Source of the DNA: an uncultured Anaerolinea sp.
Lineage (GTDB): Bacteria; Chloroflexota; Anaerolineae; Anaerolineales; Anaerolineaceae
Length of the DNA stretch: 50,827 nt
Assembly: GCA_964390015.1 (NCBI GenBank)
Contig: CAYMGO010000003.1
Span: 1-50,827 of the forward strand
Direction: 5' to 3'
Positions 37,535 through 47,376 of this stretch are shown here, one piece after another. A program made the position numbers and the translations under genes. The notes beneath the pieces are model-generated. The model was not told the DNA's origin and searched no databases. It saw only the letters and a program-made list of their open reading frames with translations. The first letter of the stretch is position 1; each line of letters begins with the position of its first letter.

Positions 37535-37852
37535 ATGAAATATGCAATAATCGAAAGTGGCGGCAAGCAATACAAAGCCGTCGAAGGGACTACGGTCGAT
37601 GTCGATTTGCTGGATGTCGAAGTAGGCCATGAGGTCAAACTCGATGAGGTTTTGCTGGTAGTCGAAGACGAAAATATCCATGTCGGAACTCCATCGGTAA
37701 AAGGTGCTGTTGTAACCACCTCGGTTGTGGACCATGTCAAGGGTCCGAAAGTGGTTACGTTCAAGTACTCTCCCAAGAAGAGAATCCGCGTAAAAAGTGG
37801 ACATCGTCAGCAATACACACGTCTTAAAATCGAATCGATCAATTTGGAGTAA
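37535..37852 (+). CDS. rplU: 50S ribosomal protein L21
   Basis: [18 protein letters not shown]...[28 protein letters not shown]. 105 aa. Confidence 0.95.
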   Translation: MKYAIIESGGKQYKAVEGTTVDVDLLDVEVGHEVKLDEVLLVVEDENIHVGTPSVKGAVVTTSVVDHVKGPKVVTFKYSPKKRIRVKSGHRQQYTRLKIESINLE

Positions 37853-37857
37853 GTGAA

Positions 37858-38121
37858 ATGGCACATAAAAAAGGTGGTGGTTCCAGTCGAAATGGCCGCG
37901 ATAGCAATTCACAGCGGCTGGGTGTAAAGAAATTTGCCGGCGAGCAGGTGCTCTCCGGAAATATTCTCGTCCGCCAGCGCGGCACCAAGATCAAACCCGG
38001 TGTGAATGTAAAAGTTGGCAAAGACGATACATTGTTCGCCGTGGCACACGGCACCGTGGAATACGAGACACTGCCGAACGGGCAGAAACAGGTCAACGTA
38101 AAACCGGAAGTCTCTGAGTAG
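37858..38121 (+). CDS. rpmA: 50S ribosomal protein L27
   Basis: [61 protein letters not shown]. 87 aa. Confidence 0.97.
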   Translation: MAHKKGGGSSRNGRDSNSQRLGVKKFAGEQVLSGNILVRQRGTKIKPGVNVKVGKDDTLFAVAHGTVEYETLPNGQKQVNVKPEVSE

Positions 38122-38187
38122 ACCATTTTTTACAAATCCGTCGCAAGTTGACAATTGTAAAAATCAAAATCAGGAAGGTCAATTACA

Positions 38188-38664
38188 ATGAAAAAAGGGA
38201 TTCACCCAACATACTACCCGGATGCAAAGGTTACTTGCTCTTGCGGGAACACCTGGACAACCGGATCGACAAAAAAAGAAATCCGAACAGAAGTCTGTTC
38301 CAAATGCCATCCGTTCTTCACGGGTCAGCAGCAGCGTATCATCGACATCGAAGGCCAGGTGGACCGCTTCTACAAGAAGCTGCAGGCACGCCAGGATTAC
38401 GTGGAAGAGAAGAAATCCAAACTTGCTGCGAAAACCTCACCAGAACGTTCTGTCAAAGACATTGGTCTTTCATCCAAGGCTGCAGATGCTCTTGAAAAAG
38501 CTGGTCTGGCGAACGTCGGACAACTGCTTGAAAAACTTGCAGAGGGTGAAGGAACCATTTTGGCGATTGAAGGATTTGGCCGCAAGTCACTCATCGACAT
38601 GAAGAAGAACCTGCGTCAGATGGGATACAAGCTACCCGCAGCCGCTGAAGAGATTGTCGTCTAA
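38188..38664 (+). CDS. rpmE: 50S ribosomal protein L31 (zinc-binding type) fused to a C-terminal helix-hairpin-helix domain resembling the RNA polymerase alpha C-terminal domain
   Basis: Residues 1-66, [23 protein letters not shown]...[28 protein letters not shown], are canonical L31 with CxC...CxxC. Residues about 88-149, [55 protein letters not shown], follow the alphaCTD pattern L.LS.R..N.L...GI..VG.L......L..I.GFG.KS..EI...L...G..L. Confidence 0.8.
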   Translation: MKKGIHPTYYPDAKVTCSCGNTWTTGSTKKEIRTEVCSKCHPFFTGQQQRIIDIEGQVDRFYKKLQARQDYVEEKKSKLAAKTSPERSVKDIGLSSKAADALEKAGLANVGQLLEKLAEGEGTILAIEGFGRKSLIDMKKNLRQMGYKLPAAAEEIVV

Positions 38665-38682
38665 TAACCTTTTTCAATACTG

Positions 38683-38707
38683 CCCCCGGTCAACAACCGG
38701 GGGTTTT
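38683..38707 (+). terminator. Intrinsic terminator after rpmE
   Basis: cccccgg tcaacaa ccggggg followed by tttt. Confidence 0.8.
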
Positions 38708-38783
38708 ACTTTAAAATGAAACAGAGCGGAATTAATTTATTGGAATTAAGGTAGAATCTAGGTTAATCCTGCGGAGGTGAAAA

Positions 38784-39356
38784 GTGGAAAAGAGGACCGG
38801 GCATGTTGAAGTGATATGTGGTTCAATGTTCTGCGGAAAGACCGATGAGTTGATCCGGCGGTTGCGCAGGGCAACCATCGCGAGGCAGAAGGTCCAGGTT
38901 TTCAAACCCTCCATTGATGGCCGCTACGGACTTGAAAAGGTCACTTCACACGCTGGTTCTGAATTTGACGCAACGCCAATTTCGTCATCCGGAGAAGTGC
39001 TGACGCAGTTGAAACCAGACACGACGGTTGTCGCGGTGGACGAAGCCCAATTCTTCGATGACGGGATCGTGAAGGTCGTTGAAGAAATGGCAGACTGCGG
39101 TCTCAGGGTTCTGGTGGCCGGGCTGGACCTGAATTTTAAGGGAGAGCCTTTTGGGTGCATGCCAGAGTTGATGGCGCGCGCGGAGCAGGTGGATAAGCTC
39201 CAGGCGATCTGCATGGTTTGCGGAGAACCCGCCAGCCGTACCCAGCGACTTGTCAACGGGAAACCCGCGAAGTATTTTGATCCCATCATTATCGTTGGTG
39301 CATCTGAAATGTACGAAGCCCGCTGCCGCTTGCACCACGAAGTTCCAAGAGATTAG
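38784..39356 (+). CDS. tdk: Thymidine kinase
   Basis: Has [17 protein letters not shown] (P-loop), AVDEAQFFD, and [13 protein letters not shown]...C zinc cysteines. GTG start with a GGAGGTG RBS. Confidence 0.92.
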   Translation: MEKRTGHVEVICGSMFCGKTDELIRRLRRATIARQKVQVFKPSIDGRYGLEKVTSHAGSEFDATPISSSGEVLTQLKPDTTVVAVDEAQFFDDGIVKVVEEMADCGLRVLVAGLDLNFKGEPFGCMPELMARAEQVDKLQAICMVCGEPASRTQRLVNGKPAKYFDPIIIVGASEMYEARCRLHHEVPRD

Positions 39357-39372
39357 CCATACTGGAGGCCGC

Positions 39373-39933
39373 ATGCAGGATTATAAATATTACCTGAGCG
39401 AAATATTAATCTCACACGAAGAACTCCAGCGAAGGATTGCGGAGCTTGGTGAGCAAATCACCCGGGATTATATGAATAAGGGTGAACTTGTGCTGATTTG
39501 TATACTGCGCGGTGGGGTAATGTTCCTTACGGACCTGATGCGCCAGATTTCAATTCCACACGCCATCGAGTTTATGGCGGTTTCATCCTACGGCGTGGGT
39601 GGACGCGAGAGCACCGGTCAAGTACGAATCACACTTGACCTCAACCTGGACATTTTTAATAAGCACGTTCTCTTGGTAGAAGACATTATCGACAGCGGAC
39701 ATACAATCTCCGCCGTCGTTGATTTCCTGGCAACCAGGCGACCTGCCAGCATCAGTGTGTGTACACTACTGGATAAAGAAGAACGACGTGAAGTTGAAGT
39801 ACCCATCCGTTACCGTGGATTTTCAATTCCAAATAAATTTGTTTTTGGTTATGGGTTGGATCTTGATGACTACTACCGGAATTTGCCGTTCATCGGGGTA
39901 GTGGATCTGGATAAATACCAGGAATCTGAATAG
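39373..39933 (+). CDS. hpt: Hypoxanthine(-guanine) phosphoribosyltransferase
   Basis: Contains LISHEELQRRIAELGEQITRDY, LVLICILRGGVMFLTDLMR, VLLVEDIIDSGHT (PRPP motif) and FVFGYGLDLDDYYRNLPFI. ATG at 39373. Confidence 0.92.
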   Translation: MQDYKYYLSEILISHEELQRRIAELGEQITRDYMNKGELVLICILRGGVMFLTDLMRQISIPHAIEFMAVSSYGVGGRESTGQVRITLDLNLDIFNKHVLLVEDIIDSGHTISAVVDFLATRRPASISVCTLLDKEERREVEVPIRYRGFSIPNKFVFGYGLDLDDYYRNLPFIGVVDLDKYQESE

Positions 39934-39943
39934 AGGTTGGCGG

Positions 39944-41311
39944 GTGCGTTTTCCTCAGATCATCACCCAACTTTCCCATTACTCCACTCCATCCAAACCG
40001 CTCTACCTCGTGGGTGGAGCGGTTCGTGATTCACTGCTTGTGAGACCCTGCAATGATTTTGACCTGGTTTGCACGCAAGATCCCAGGTGGATTGCCAGGA
40101 ACTTTGCCAATGAAAATTTGGGTGATTTTTTTGTTCTGGATGAAGATCGGGATACCTGCCGAGTATTGATCAATCCAAAAGGGTCCAATAATCTCGTGGT
40201 GGATTTTGCCGCCATGAGGGGCGCAAATATCCAGGAGGATCTTTCAAAACGGGATTTCACGATCAATGCCATGGCGGTTGATCTACTTGAACCGGATAGC
40301 GTGATCGATCCATTCAAAGGAGGCCGGGACCTACAGCAGAAATGGCTGCGGGTGGTGACCGCTGAAAGTTTTACAGATGATCCTCTGCGTACCATACGCG
40401 CCATCCGTTATGCGGTCGATCTGGGTCTGAAGATGGAGCCAGGAATAGCCAACCTGATCAATAGTTCAGTAGAGGGTCTTGAAAATATATCCTCTGAACG
40501 GAAGCGCGACGAACTATTCAAGATTTTCTCCAGGCCAAAAGTTCACACATCACTGCAACTACTGCATAAGTTTGAGGTTTTCAGGTACATACCACTTCAG
40601 ATTACACAGGAATTTTCTCACACTGTGACGCGAGTGCGGGCATTGGAAGACGTTCTGGATTGGTTATGTGGTGAGAAAACGCACGAGCGCCAGTCAGCGT
40701 TCTATCAGTCCTCTCTCCTCATGGAAATGGGGCGATTTAACGAGGATTTTCGAAAAATGTACCTGGCGAAAAATCAATCGCGGCGTGATCGAAGGTCATT
40801 ACTTTACCTGGCAAAGATCGTTGGCGAAATCCCGGATCTGGAAAGGCAATTGCGCGACCTGGCGTTGTCACTTGATGAGATACACACGGTTTGTGAAATG
40901 AAGAAGCACGCTGCTTCAATGCATGAACTGCAGAGCAAAAGCGAAGTTCCAGAGCCGATCGATATCTATCGATTCTTCAAAGCAACTGGTTCAGTTGGCA
41001 TTGATCTGGCTGTAGTTACCCTGGCTGATTACACTTCCCGAATTGGCAGTGAATTCTCGCAAGATCAATGGTCGTTTCTGTTAGATTTGACCCGAATACT
41101 GGTGAATGCCTGGTTCAGAAGGCCTGACCTCATTAATCCAGTTCCTCTATTGAACGGCAATGCGCTCATGAGGCGGTTCTCACTGGAACCTGGTCCGCTC
41201 ATTGGGAATCTGTCGGAAGTGCTCAAAGAAGAACAGGTCAAAGGGGCGATCTCCAATGAGGCTGAAGCGTTAGTGTGGGTCGAAAAATGGATCGCAGAAA
41301 TGAAAAAGTAA
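39944..41311 (+). CDS. cca: tRNA nucleotidyltransferase (CCA-adding) / poly(A) polymerase family protein
   Basis: Has LYLVGGAVRDSLL...NDFDLV (GG.VRD...DxD head-domain motif), RDFTINAMA and DPLRTIRAIRY. 455 aa with a GTG start. Confidence 0.8.
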   Translation: MRFPQIITQLSHYSTPSKPLYLVGGAVRDSLLVRPCNDFDLVCTQDPRWIARNFANENLGDFFVLDEDRDTCRVLINPKGSNNLVVDFAAMRGANIQEDLSKRDFTINAMAVDLLEPDSVIDPFKGGRDLQQKWLRVVTAESFTDDPLRTIRAIRYAVDLGLKMEPGIANLINSSVEGLENISSERKRDELFKIFSRPKVHTSLQLLHKFEVFRYIPLQITQEFSHTVTRVRALEDVLDWLCGEKTHERQSAFYQSSLLMEMGRFNEDFRKMYLAKNQSRRDRRSLLYLAKIVGEIPDLERQLRDLALSLDEIHTVCEMKKHAASMHELQSKSEVPEPIDIYRFFKATGSVGIDLAVVTLADYTSRIGSEFSQDQWSFLLDLTRILVNAWFRRPDLINPVPLLNGNALMRRFSLEPGPLIGNLSEVLKEEQVKGAISNEAEALVWVEKWIAEMKK

Positions 41312-41330
41312 GAGCCGCGAAAGCGGCTCT
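41311..41330. terminator. Short GC hairpin shared by convergent cca and receiver genes
   Basis: agagccgc gaaa gcggctct forms an 8-bp stem with a GAAA tetraloop. It overlaps both stop codons. Confidence 0.55.
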
Positions 41331-41743
41331 TATTGTAGTGCCGATTGCAGCGAAACCTTCAATGGCGGGCGATCTGTGCTTTTTTCTCCGGAGCGCCGCA
41401 CCAGGTTGTTAATATGCGCGATCAAAACGCCCCTTGAGATGGGTTTGATAAGGTAGTCATCTGCGCCCTCATCAAGCACTCTGGCAAGCGTTACCGGGTC
41501 ATCCAATACTGAAAGGATGAGGATGGGGGCTAAGGAAACTTTCCTGATGCGTCTGGTGGTCTGCAGACCGTCCATCCCCGGCATCATGTAATCTAACAGA
41601 ATTATGTCGGGTTTGAAATCCCGAATTAGGCTAAGCCCTTGTTCTCCATCACATGCATGCTGTAATTCAGCCTGGATAGGTGCCAGGATCAACTCGAGCA
41701 GGTCTGTTACTGATGGGTCGTCGTCAATGATAAGAATTTTCAT
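41330..41743 (-). CDS. Single-domain response regulator (CheY-like receiver)
   Basis: MKILIIDDDPSV...PDIILLDYMMPGMDG...ILILSVLDD...GADDYLIKP, with no output domain. I start at the ATG at 41743; the upstream extension to 41851 has no family support. Confidence 0.8.
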   Translation of the reverse strand: MKILIIDDDPSVTDLLELILAPIQAELQHACDGEQGLSLIRDFKPDIILLDYMMPGMDGLQTTRRIRKVSLAPILILSVLDDPVTLARVLDEGADDYLIKPISRGVLIAHINNLVRRSGEKSTDRPPLKVSLQSALQ

Positions 41744-41958
41744 CTTTGTTCCGTTAAAAATATGTATCCTTATTATCAAGTCAAACGCGTGATTATTACC
41801 TTTCAATGTATTTACAGCGGAAACATAAACAGGTCTGGAGGGCAAAGGCAATTTCGACCGATTGTGTCCTAAAAGAGACCGCGTGTGTGGTAAAATTCAC
41901 ACTTTGGAGAAATTATCCCGTTTAAGCGGGCGATATAGAAATCTGGCTTGGAGGAAAA

Positions 41959-44739
41959 ATGACAGAAAAAAAGTGGGTATATTTGTTCAGCGATATCAAG
42001 GAAGTTGAGCAATATGTAAGCAAGGATTGGGAAGCTGTGCGAGGCCTTTTGGGTGGAAAAGGTGCCAACCTTGCTGAAATGGTTCGAATCGGTCTGCCGG
42101 TACCCCCGGGATTTACAGTGACCACTGAAGCCTGCAATGCATATCAGGCGACACAGAAATTCCCGGAAGGTATGTGGGAGCAGATGCTGGCCTGTCTGGA
42201 AAGGGTTGAAAAATCGACCAAGAAGAAATTTGGATCTACCAGGAATCCACTGCTGGTATCCTGCCGGTCGGGAGCGAAATTCTCCATGCCCGGTATGATG
42301 GATACCGTTCTGAACATTGGCTTGAACGATGAAACTGCCAAGGGGATGATCAAACTCACCCAGAATGAGCGCTTTGTCAATGATTCTTACCGCCGACTGA
42401 TCCAGATGTTCGGATCTGTTGTGCTTGGAATCGAGGACGAAGCTTTTGAAGAGCACCTGGATGGTTTAAAACAGGTAAAAGGCTACAAGCTGGATACCGA
42501 GATGACAGCGGCTGATCTGAAAGGGTTGATCGAGGTCTTCAAAAAGGTCATACTTGAAAAGATGGGTTTTGAGTTTCCACAAGAACCATTGGAACAGTTA
42601 AAGTTGGCAACTGAAGCAGTCTTTAGATCCTGGAACGGAAAACGCGCTGTGGATTATCGCCGTGCCACCAATATCCCCGACGACCTGGGGACAGCGGTCA
42701 ACATTCAAACCATGGTGTTTGGCAACATGGGCGAAGATTCCGGTACCGGTGTGGCTTTCACACGTGATCCATCGACCGGTGAAAGTAAGTTGTACGGTGA
42801 TTACCTACTGAACGCGCAGGGCGAAGATGTGGTGGCTGGCATTCGCAACACTGAGAAGATCGTGAATCTTGGTCATGACATGCCCGAAGCCAACAAGCAG
42901 TTCCTCGAAATCGTTAAAAAGCTTGAATTGCACTACCGCGACATGCAGGATGTTGAGTTCACAATCGAACATGGCAAACTGTGGATGTTGCAATGCCGCA
43001 ATGGCAAAAGGACTGCGCTGGCGACAGTCAAAATCGCGATCGATCTGGCGAATGAAGGGACTATTTCCCGCGAAGAAGCGGTGATGCGAGTAACCCCGGC
43101 CGATGTTGATACGCTGCTGCACCCGCAGTTTTCAGTTGAGACCAAGAAACAAGCCATTAAAGAAGAGCGTTTATACACACACGGTGTCAATGCCTCACCT
43201 GGGGCCGCAGTGGGGCAGGTGTACTTTGACGCCGATACCGCAGAGCTGCGTGCCAAAGAATATGGTGAAGCTACAATCATGGTGCGACCTTTCACCAAAC
43301 CTGATGATGTACATGGCATGCTGGCTGCAAAGGGTATTCTCACCAGTGAAGGCGGTGCCACTTCGCACGCGGCAGTGGTTGCCAGGCAATTTGGTGTTCC
43401 TTGTATCGTCGGCGCCGCGTCGGTCAAAATCGACCTTGATAGGCGCGAAATGATCGCGAATGGAAAAGTCGTAAAAGAAGGTGATTGGATTTCACTCGAC
43501 GGTTCGACAGGTGAAGCTTTTATTGGTCAGTTGAACCTGACAACTCCGAAGTTTGAAGAGCAGATCGATCTGCTCAATCTGCTTAGCTGGGCTGACCAGA
43601 TATCGGCGACTAAGGGAATCCGTCAGGCACCCGCTGGTTGGCCGACGACAGGTTTGCAGGTGTGGGCTAACGCGGATTATCCCAAGGATGCAGAACGCGC
43701 GCGGACTTACGGCGCTGTAGGAATTGGTCTCTGCCGTACCGAGCACATGTTCTTCGAACCGGAGCGCCTGCCTATTGTGCAGCGCATGATCCTTTCCAAG
43801 ACGAGTGAGGAAAGAACAGCTGCATTGGATGAGCTGCTGCCCTACCAGAGAAAGGATTTCGAGGGTTTGTTCGAAGCGATGAACGGTTATCCGGTCATCA
43901 TACGCCTGATTGATCCACCGCTTCATGAGTTCCTGCCTTCTGCCGAGGAACTGCAATCCAGGATCATTGCCCTGCGTTTGAGTGGTGAAGGGCTTTCAAG
44001 TTACGTACTTGGTCGCGGAGAGCTCAAAGAAACCATCGATCTTGACGCGATGCTTGACGCGGTCAACTCTATGCACGAAAGCAACCCGATGATGGGTATG
44101 CGCGGTGTGCGCTTAAGCATCGCCATGCCTGAGATTGTTGAGATGCAGGTTCGCGCCATCTTCGAAGCCGCCGCCAATGTCGCTAACAAGGGTATGACGC
44201 CGAAACCTGAGGTTATGATCCCACTCACCGGACATGTTAACGAGTTGATCTGGATCCAGCCGCGCTTGGAGCGAATTGCCAAGGCTGTGATGGATGAGAA
44301 GAAAGTAAAATTTGACTACAAATTTGGTACTATGATCGAGATCCCACGAGCGGCGGTAACAGCAGCTGAGATCGCCAGTGTTGCGGAATTCTTCTCGTTT
44401 GGTACCAACGACCTCACTCAAATGACTTTTGGGTACAGCCGTGATGATGCGGAACGCAATTTCCTGGGAATTTATGTTGAGCAGGAAATACTTCCCAAGA
44501 ACCCCTTCCAAACGCTCGATCAAGAGGGTGTGGGGAAGTTGATGCAGATCGCGGTACAGGATGGTCGTTCAGAGCGAGTTAACCTGGAGGTGGGTATTTG
44601 CGGTGAACATGGCGGCGATCCGGCTTCCATAGAGTTTTGCCATCGTGTTGGCAATAACTATGTATCCTGCTCACCGTTCAGGGTTCCCATCGCGCGCCTT
44701 GCGGCTGCACAGGCGGCGATCAAGAACCGGGTAAAATAA
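41959..44739 (+). CDS. ppdK: Pyruvate, phosphate dikinase
   Basis: 926 aa. Contains GGKGANLAEM, GMMDTVLNIGLND, TSEGGATSHAAVVARQFG (phosphohistidine motif), GLCRTEHMFF and FFSFGTNDLTQMT. Confidence 0.95.
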   Translation: MTEKKWVYLFSDIKEVEQYVSKDWEAVRGLLGGKGANLAEMVRIGLPVPPGFTVTTEACNAYQATQKFPEGMWEQMLACLERVEKSTKKKFGSTRNPLLVSCRSGAKFSMPGMMDTVLNIGLNDETAKGMIKLTQNERFVNDSYRRLIQMFGSVVLGIEDEAFEEHLDGLKQVKGYKLDTEMTAADLKGLIEVFKKVILEKMGFEFPQEPLEQLKLATEAVFRSWNGKRAVDYRRATNIPDDLGTAVNIQTMVFGNMGEDSGTGVAFTRDPSTGESKLYGDYLLNAQGEDVVAGIRNTEKIVNLGHDMPEANKQFLEIVKKLELHYRDMQDVEFTIEHGKLWMLQCRNGKRTALATVKIAIDLANEGTISREEAVMRVTPADVDTLLHPQFSVETKKQAIKEERLYTHGVNASPGAAVGQVYFDADTAELRAKEYGEATIMVRPFTKPDDVHGMLAAKGILTSEGGATSHAAVVARQFGVPCIVGAASVKIDLDRREMIANGKVVKEGDWISLDGSTGEAFIGQLNLTTPKFEEQIDLLNLLSWADQISATKGIRQAPAGWPTTGLQVWANADYPKDAERARTYGAVGIGLCRTEHMFFEPERLPIVQRMILSKTSEERTAALDELLPYQRKDFEGLFEAMNGYPVIIRLIDPPLHEFLPSAEELQSRIIALRLSGEGLSSYVLGRGELKETIDLDAMLDAVNSMHESNPMMGMRGVRLSIAMPEIVEMQVRAIFEAAANVANKGMTPKPEVMIPLTGHVNELIWIQPRLERIAKAVMDEKKVKFDYKFGTMIEIPRAAVTAAEIASVAEFFSFGTNDLTQMTFGYSRDDAERNFLGIYVEQEILPKNPFQTLDQEGVGKLMQIAVQDGRSERVNLEVGICGEHGGDPASIEFCHRVGNNYVSCSPFRVPIARLAAAQAAIKNRVK

Positions 44740-44761
44740 CAACAATCAGTCAATTATTAAG

Positions 44762-44799
44762 TGGCTCCCCTAGAAAAACGGGGAGTCACTTTTGTTTTA
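44762..44799 (+). terminator. Intrinsic terminator after ppdK
   Basis: gtggctcccc (44762-44771) / ggggagtcac (44781-44790) forms a 10-bp stem including one G-U pair. It is followed by ttttgtttt. Confidence 0.75.
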
Positions 44800-44800
44800 A

Positions 44801-47203
44801 TCAGGGATGAGAGTAAAGTGTTTTGTAGATCTCGTAGTTTTCAGTGATGTATTTGATGTAATCCCTGGTTTCATCAAAACGGATCAGTTCTACCAGCAAA
44901 TCCACATCGTCTCCGGCCAGACTCTTCCAGATAATCGTAGGGACATCACCAGCGTTGTAAGAGGATAATGCGGAGGTAATATCGCCATCATACTTATCGA
45001 TACCACCCTTCAAATAGTGGGTACCCATCCTCACGTTAATAAATGGCCGGTCGAGGTCTGCTGTGGTGTAATTCTCCGGCCAGCCGTAATTCGTCGCGAT
45101 TTCCTCTCCGGTGGCATCCATAATCTGCATCAAACCATGCGCACCTTTGCCTGAGGTAATACTGGCATCGAACAGGCTTTCCTGGCGGATAATGCTGAAC
45201 AATAACAAGGGGTCAAGGTTGTGCTCTACGGCGGTAGGGACTACTAGGTCGCGGTAATAAACGCCGAAGCGGATATGATTGAAGTAAACTGGCGCCTGGG
45301 TCAGGGTCAGGTCCTGGCTGAGACCGGCCAGATCAAGAATCTGGCGGCTTGAGAGTGAAGCGGTCTGGTAGAAACCGAGATCGAGCATGTGATTCATTAA
45401 TCGGTACTGATTGACCGCGTCTCCCTCAAGTTCTTGACGCAATTGTTCAAATTCGCTCCGGGCGCTGTCGCGCATCCCGAGTTTCGAGTATTCTTCGCCC
45501 CGCTGGAAAAGCGGATTACTTAATAGATCGGTGTACGAACGTAGATCTACGCCCTCTTCCAGCGAGAAGGTGGTACGCAACCATTTTTCCGCTTCAGTCT
45601 TCTCTTTTTCGTAATCGATCGCGAAGTCGCTGTTGTACTGGCGCGGGAACGGCTTCACATCCGCTAGCCTTTCCTTTGCCCTGATGCCGTAATATCCGGT
45701 GGGATCAGCTTCAGATGCCTGTTTGTAGTACGTCGCAGCTTGTTCCCTGTCATCCTCAGCCTCCAGGCATTTGGCAATCCAAAAACTGGCAGAAGACTGG
45801 TCTTCCTTCATGGTTGCCAACACCAGCATGCGTTGGAAAATGACATGCGCGTCTTCATATCGCTGCATGCGGTAATTAACGATGCCAGCTTTGAGCAGCG
45901 CAGGATAGGCTTCATCTGCTGCGGGGTATTCAGTGAATACTCGCTGCCACGTTTCTGATGCTTTGGTCATGTAACCGCCGATCTCGTAGATTTCACCGGC
46001 GATCGAAAGGTATTCAGCAGCCCGCGCGGCTTCAGGGTATCGGGCAACGTACTGAAGCAGGGTTTCGGCCGCGTCTTCGTAGTTTTGCAAATAACGCCAC
46101 AGCGAGGAGGCTTTTTCAAGGTAAGCTGTCGCCAGGTATTGGTCCAATGGATGTTCTTCGATTAGCACATCCCAGGTGGCTATTTCCTGTTCGTACTCCC
46201 CCAGTTCATAATGGCTGTAGGCCTTGTAGTAAAGGGGAGTGCCATCGTGTTCGGGGTTTTCCATCATGTAACGCTCCAGCGCGATGATTGTCAGGCTGTA
46301 TTGACCGGCATAATAGTCCACGATACCCCGCATCAGGTCACTGACCGGTTGCCCGGCTTCCACCAGCGTTACGAGACCCGAATAAGTATCATAATAAGTC
46401 GGGAAACGAGTAACCGAATCCTGGAAGCGTGCGTAAGCCTGCTCAGGTAATTCAAGTTTCAGGTAGAGCCGGCCGAGAAGCAGGTTGGCTTGCGCTTTCA
46501 CGTAATCGGAACTGCTGTTTTCCAGCAGTATCCAGTACTGGTTGATCGCATCCGAGTCTCCACCTGAATCTGAAGCAGCCTGCGCGATCTTTAACTGTAA
46601 CGCGTCTTTTTTCGAGGGTTGCGCACTTTCCAGGGCATCCTCGTATGCTTGCCTGGCGTTTGCTGCCTCGCCAGCCTGCAGCAGCGCGTCTCCTTTCATC
46701 TCAAGGATTTCACTATCCAACGGACCCGGGCTGGAATTCACGTAATTCTGATAGGCTTCTGCTGCCAGGATGTACTGCTGCAGCCCTTCGTAGGCTTTGG
46801 CAAGGTAGAAGTACGCCGTGCCGCGCGCTTCTCCTTCAGTAAAATTGGTCAGTAGCCAGGTGAGCTGATCAACGGCGCCGTTGTAATCGTTCTGCAAAAG
46901 CAGAACTTTTCCCACGCCCAGCTGCGCCGATTGGATCACTTCAGGGTCTGTGGATTGCTCCCTCGCGGTCCAGAATTCTGCCAGGGCTTTTTCGTAATCA
47001 CCATTCAGGATCTCTGTCTGCCCTATGGTCACCCGTGCACGTGGTTGTGGCGTTGGGGTGGGCGTGGGGGTGGGTGAGGGTAATGCCGTACCTTCTAAGG
47101 TTGCAGGCGACTGGCTGCCTTCATCCGTCTTTGAAAAGGGTAGGACGCAGGACGTCAGCATTGCCAGGGCAGCGCCAATGATGATCAGCAATCGTTTTTT
47201 CAT
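44801..47203 (-). CDS. Lipoprotein with a Pro/Thr linker, a long TPR-repeat region and a C-terminal soluble lytic transglycosylase (SLT) domain
   Basis: Has a MKKRLLIIIGAALAMLTSC lipobox and a PSPTPTPTPTPQPR linker. Repeated A..Y...A helix pairs run through the middle. The C-terminal IIRQESLFD...GAHGLMQIM...AYNAG carries the SLT catalytic Glu context. Confidence 0.8.
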   Translation of the reverse strand: MKKRLLIIIGAALAMLTSCVLPFSKTDEGSQSPATLEGTALPSPTPTPTPTPQPRARVTIGQTEILNGDYEKALAEFWTAREQSTDPEVIQSAQLGVGKVLLLQNDYNGAVDQLTWLLTNFTEGEARGTAYFYLAKAYEGLQQYILAAEAYQNYVNSSPGPLDSEILEMKGDALLQAGEAANARQAYEDALESAQPSKKDALQLKIAQAASDSGGDSDAINQYWILLENSSSDYVKAQANLLLGRLYLKLELPEQAYARFQDSVTRFPTYYDTYSGLVTLVEAGQPVSDLMRGIVDYYAGQYSLTIIALERYMMENPEHDGTPLYYKAYSHYELGEYEQEIATWDVLIEEHPLDQYLATAYLEKASSLWRYLQNYEDAAETLLQYVARYPEAARAAEYLSIAGEIYEIGGYMTKASETWQRVFTEYPAADEAYPALLKAGIVNYRMQRYEDAHVIFQRMLVLATMKEDQSSASFWIAKCLEAEDDREQAATYYKQASEADPTGYYGIRAKERLADVKPFPRQYNSDFAIDYEKEKTEAEKWLRTTFSLEEGVDLRSYTDLLSNPLFQRGEEYSKLGMRDSARSEFEQLRQELEGDAVNQYRLMNHMLDLGFYQTASLSSRQILDLAGLSQDLTLTQAPVYFNHIRFGVYYRDLVVPTAVEHNLDPLLLFSIIRQESLFDASITSGKGAHGLMQIMDATGEEIATNYGWPENYTTADLDRPFINVRMGTHYLKGGIDKYDGDITSALSSYNAGDVPTIIWKSLAGDDVDLLVELIRFDETRDYIKYITENYEIYKTLYSHP

Positions 47204-47307
47204 AGTATTTTTATACCGGAGGTTCCGTAGAACGTCAACTCGCGGTCAGAGAATTGTAAACGACTTTTTACAACAGGAGAGTATCGAATGTGCTTATCAC
47301 TTGATTC

Positions 47308-47327
47308 ATATTGCGTTAGCGCAATAT
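47308..47327 (+). promoter_or_regulatory. Perfect 8+8 inverted repeat (candidate operator) in the mtnA upstream region
   Basis: ATATTGCG ttag CGCAATAT, 55 nt upstream of the mtnA ATG. Confidence 0.4.
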
Positions 47328-47351
47328 TCATGCTAAACTAGGTCGGAAGGG

Positions 47352-47376
47352 ACGCTCTCCGCTGAGGGCGTTTTTT
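47352..47376 (+). terminator. Terminator-like hairpin plus T-run immediately upstream of the mtnA start (attenuator or leader element)
   Basis: ACGCTCTC cgct GAGGGCGT forms 8 bp with one G-U pair, followed by TTTTT. It ends 6 nt before the ATG at 47383. No Shine-Dalgarno sequence lies between. Confidence 0.45.

Noticed and set aside
38122-38187. AT-rich inverted repeat (tttttacaa ... ttgtaaaaa) after rpmA, and a TTGACA hexamer, as possible terminator/promoter for rpmE
   Set aside because: The stem is all A-T with a 19-nt loop, so it is very weak. No acceptable -10 lies 16-19 nt downstream of the TTGACA. I could not support either call.
41744-41851. 36-codon N-terminal extension of the response regulator ORF
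   Set aside because: Receiver domains begin at MKILIIDDD. The extension has no RBS or family support and lies in the divergent promoter region shared with ppdK.
47040-47080. G/T-rich simple repeat (gtgggg/gttggg units) on the + strand
   Set aside because: It is the reverse complement of the in-frame PSPTPTPTPTPQP linker of the lytic transglycosylase lipoprotein, not a non-coding repeat or G-quadruplex element of independent function.
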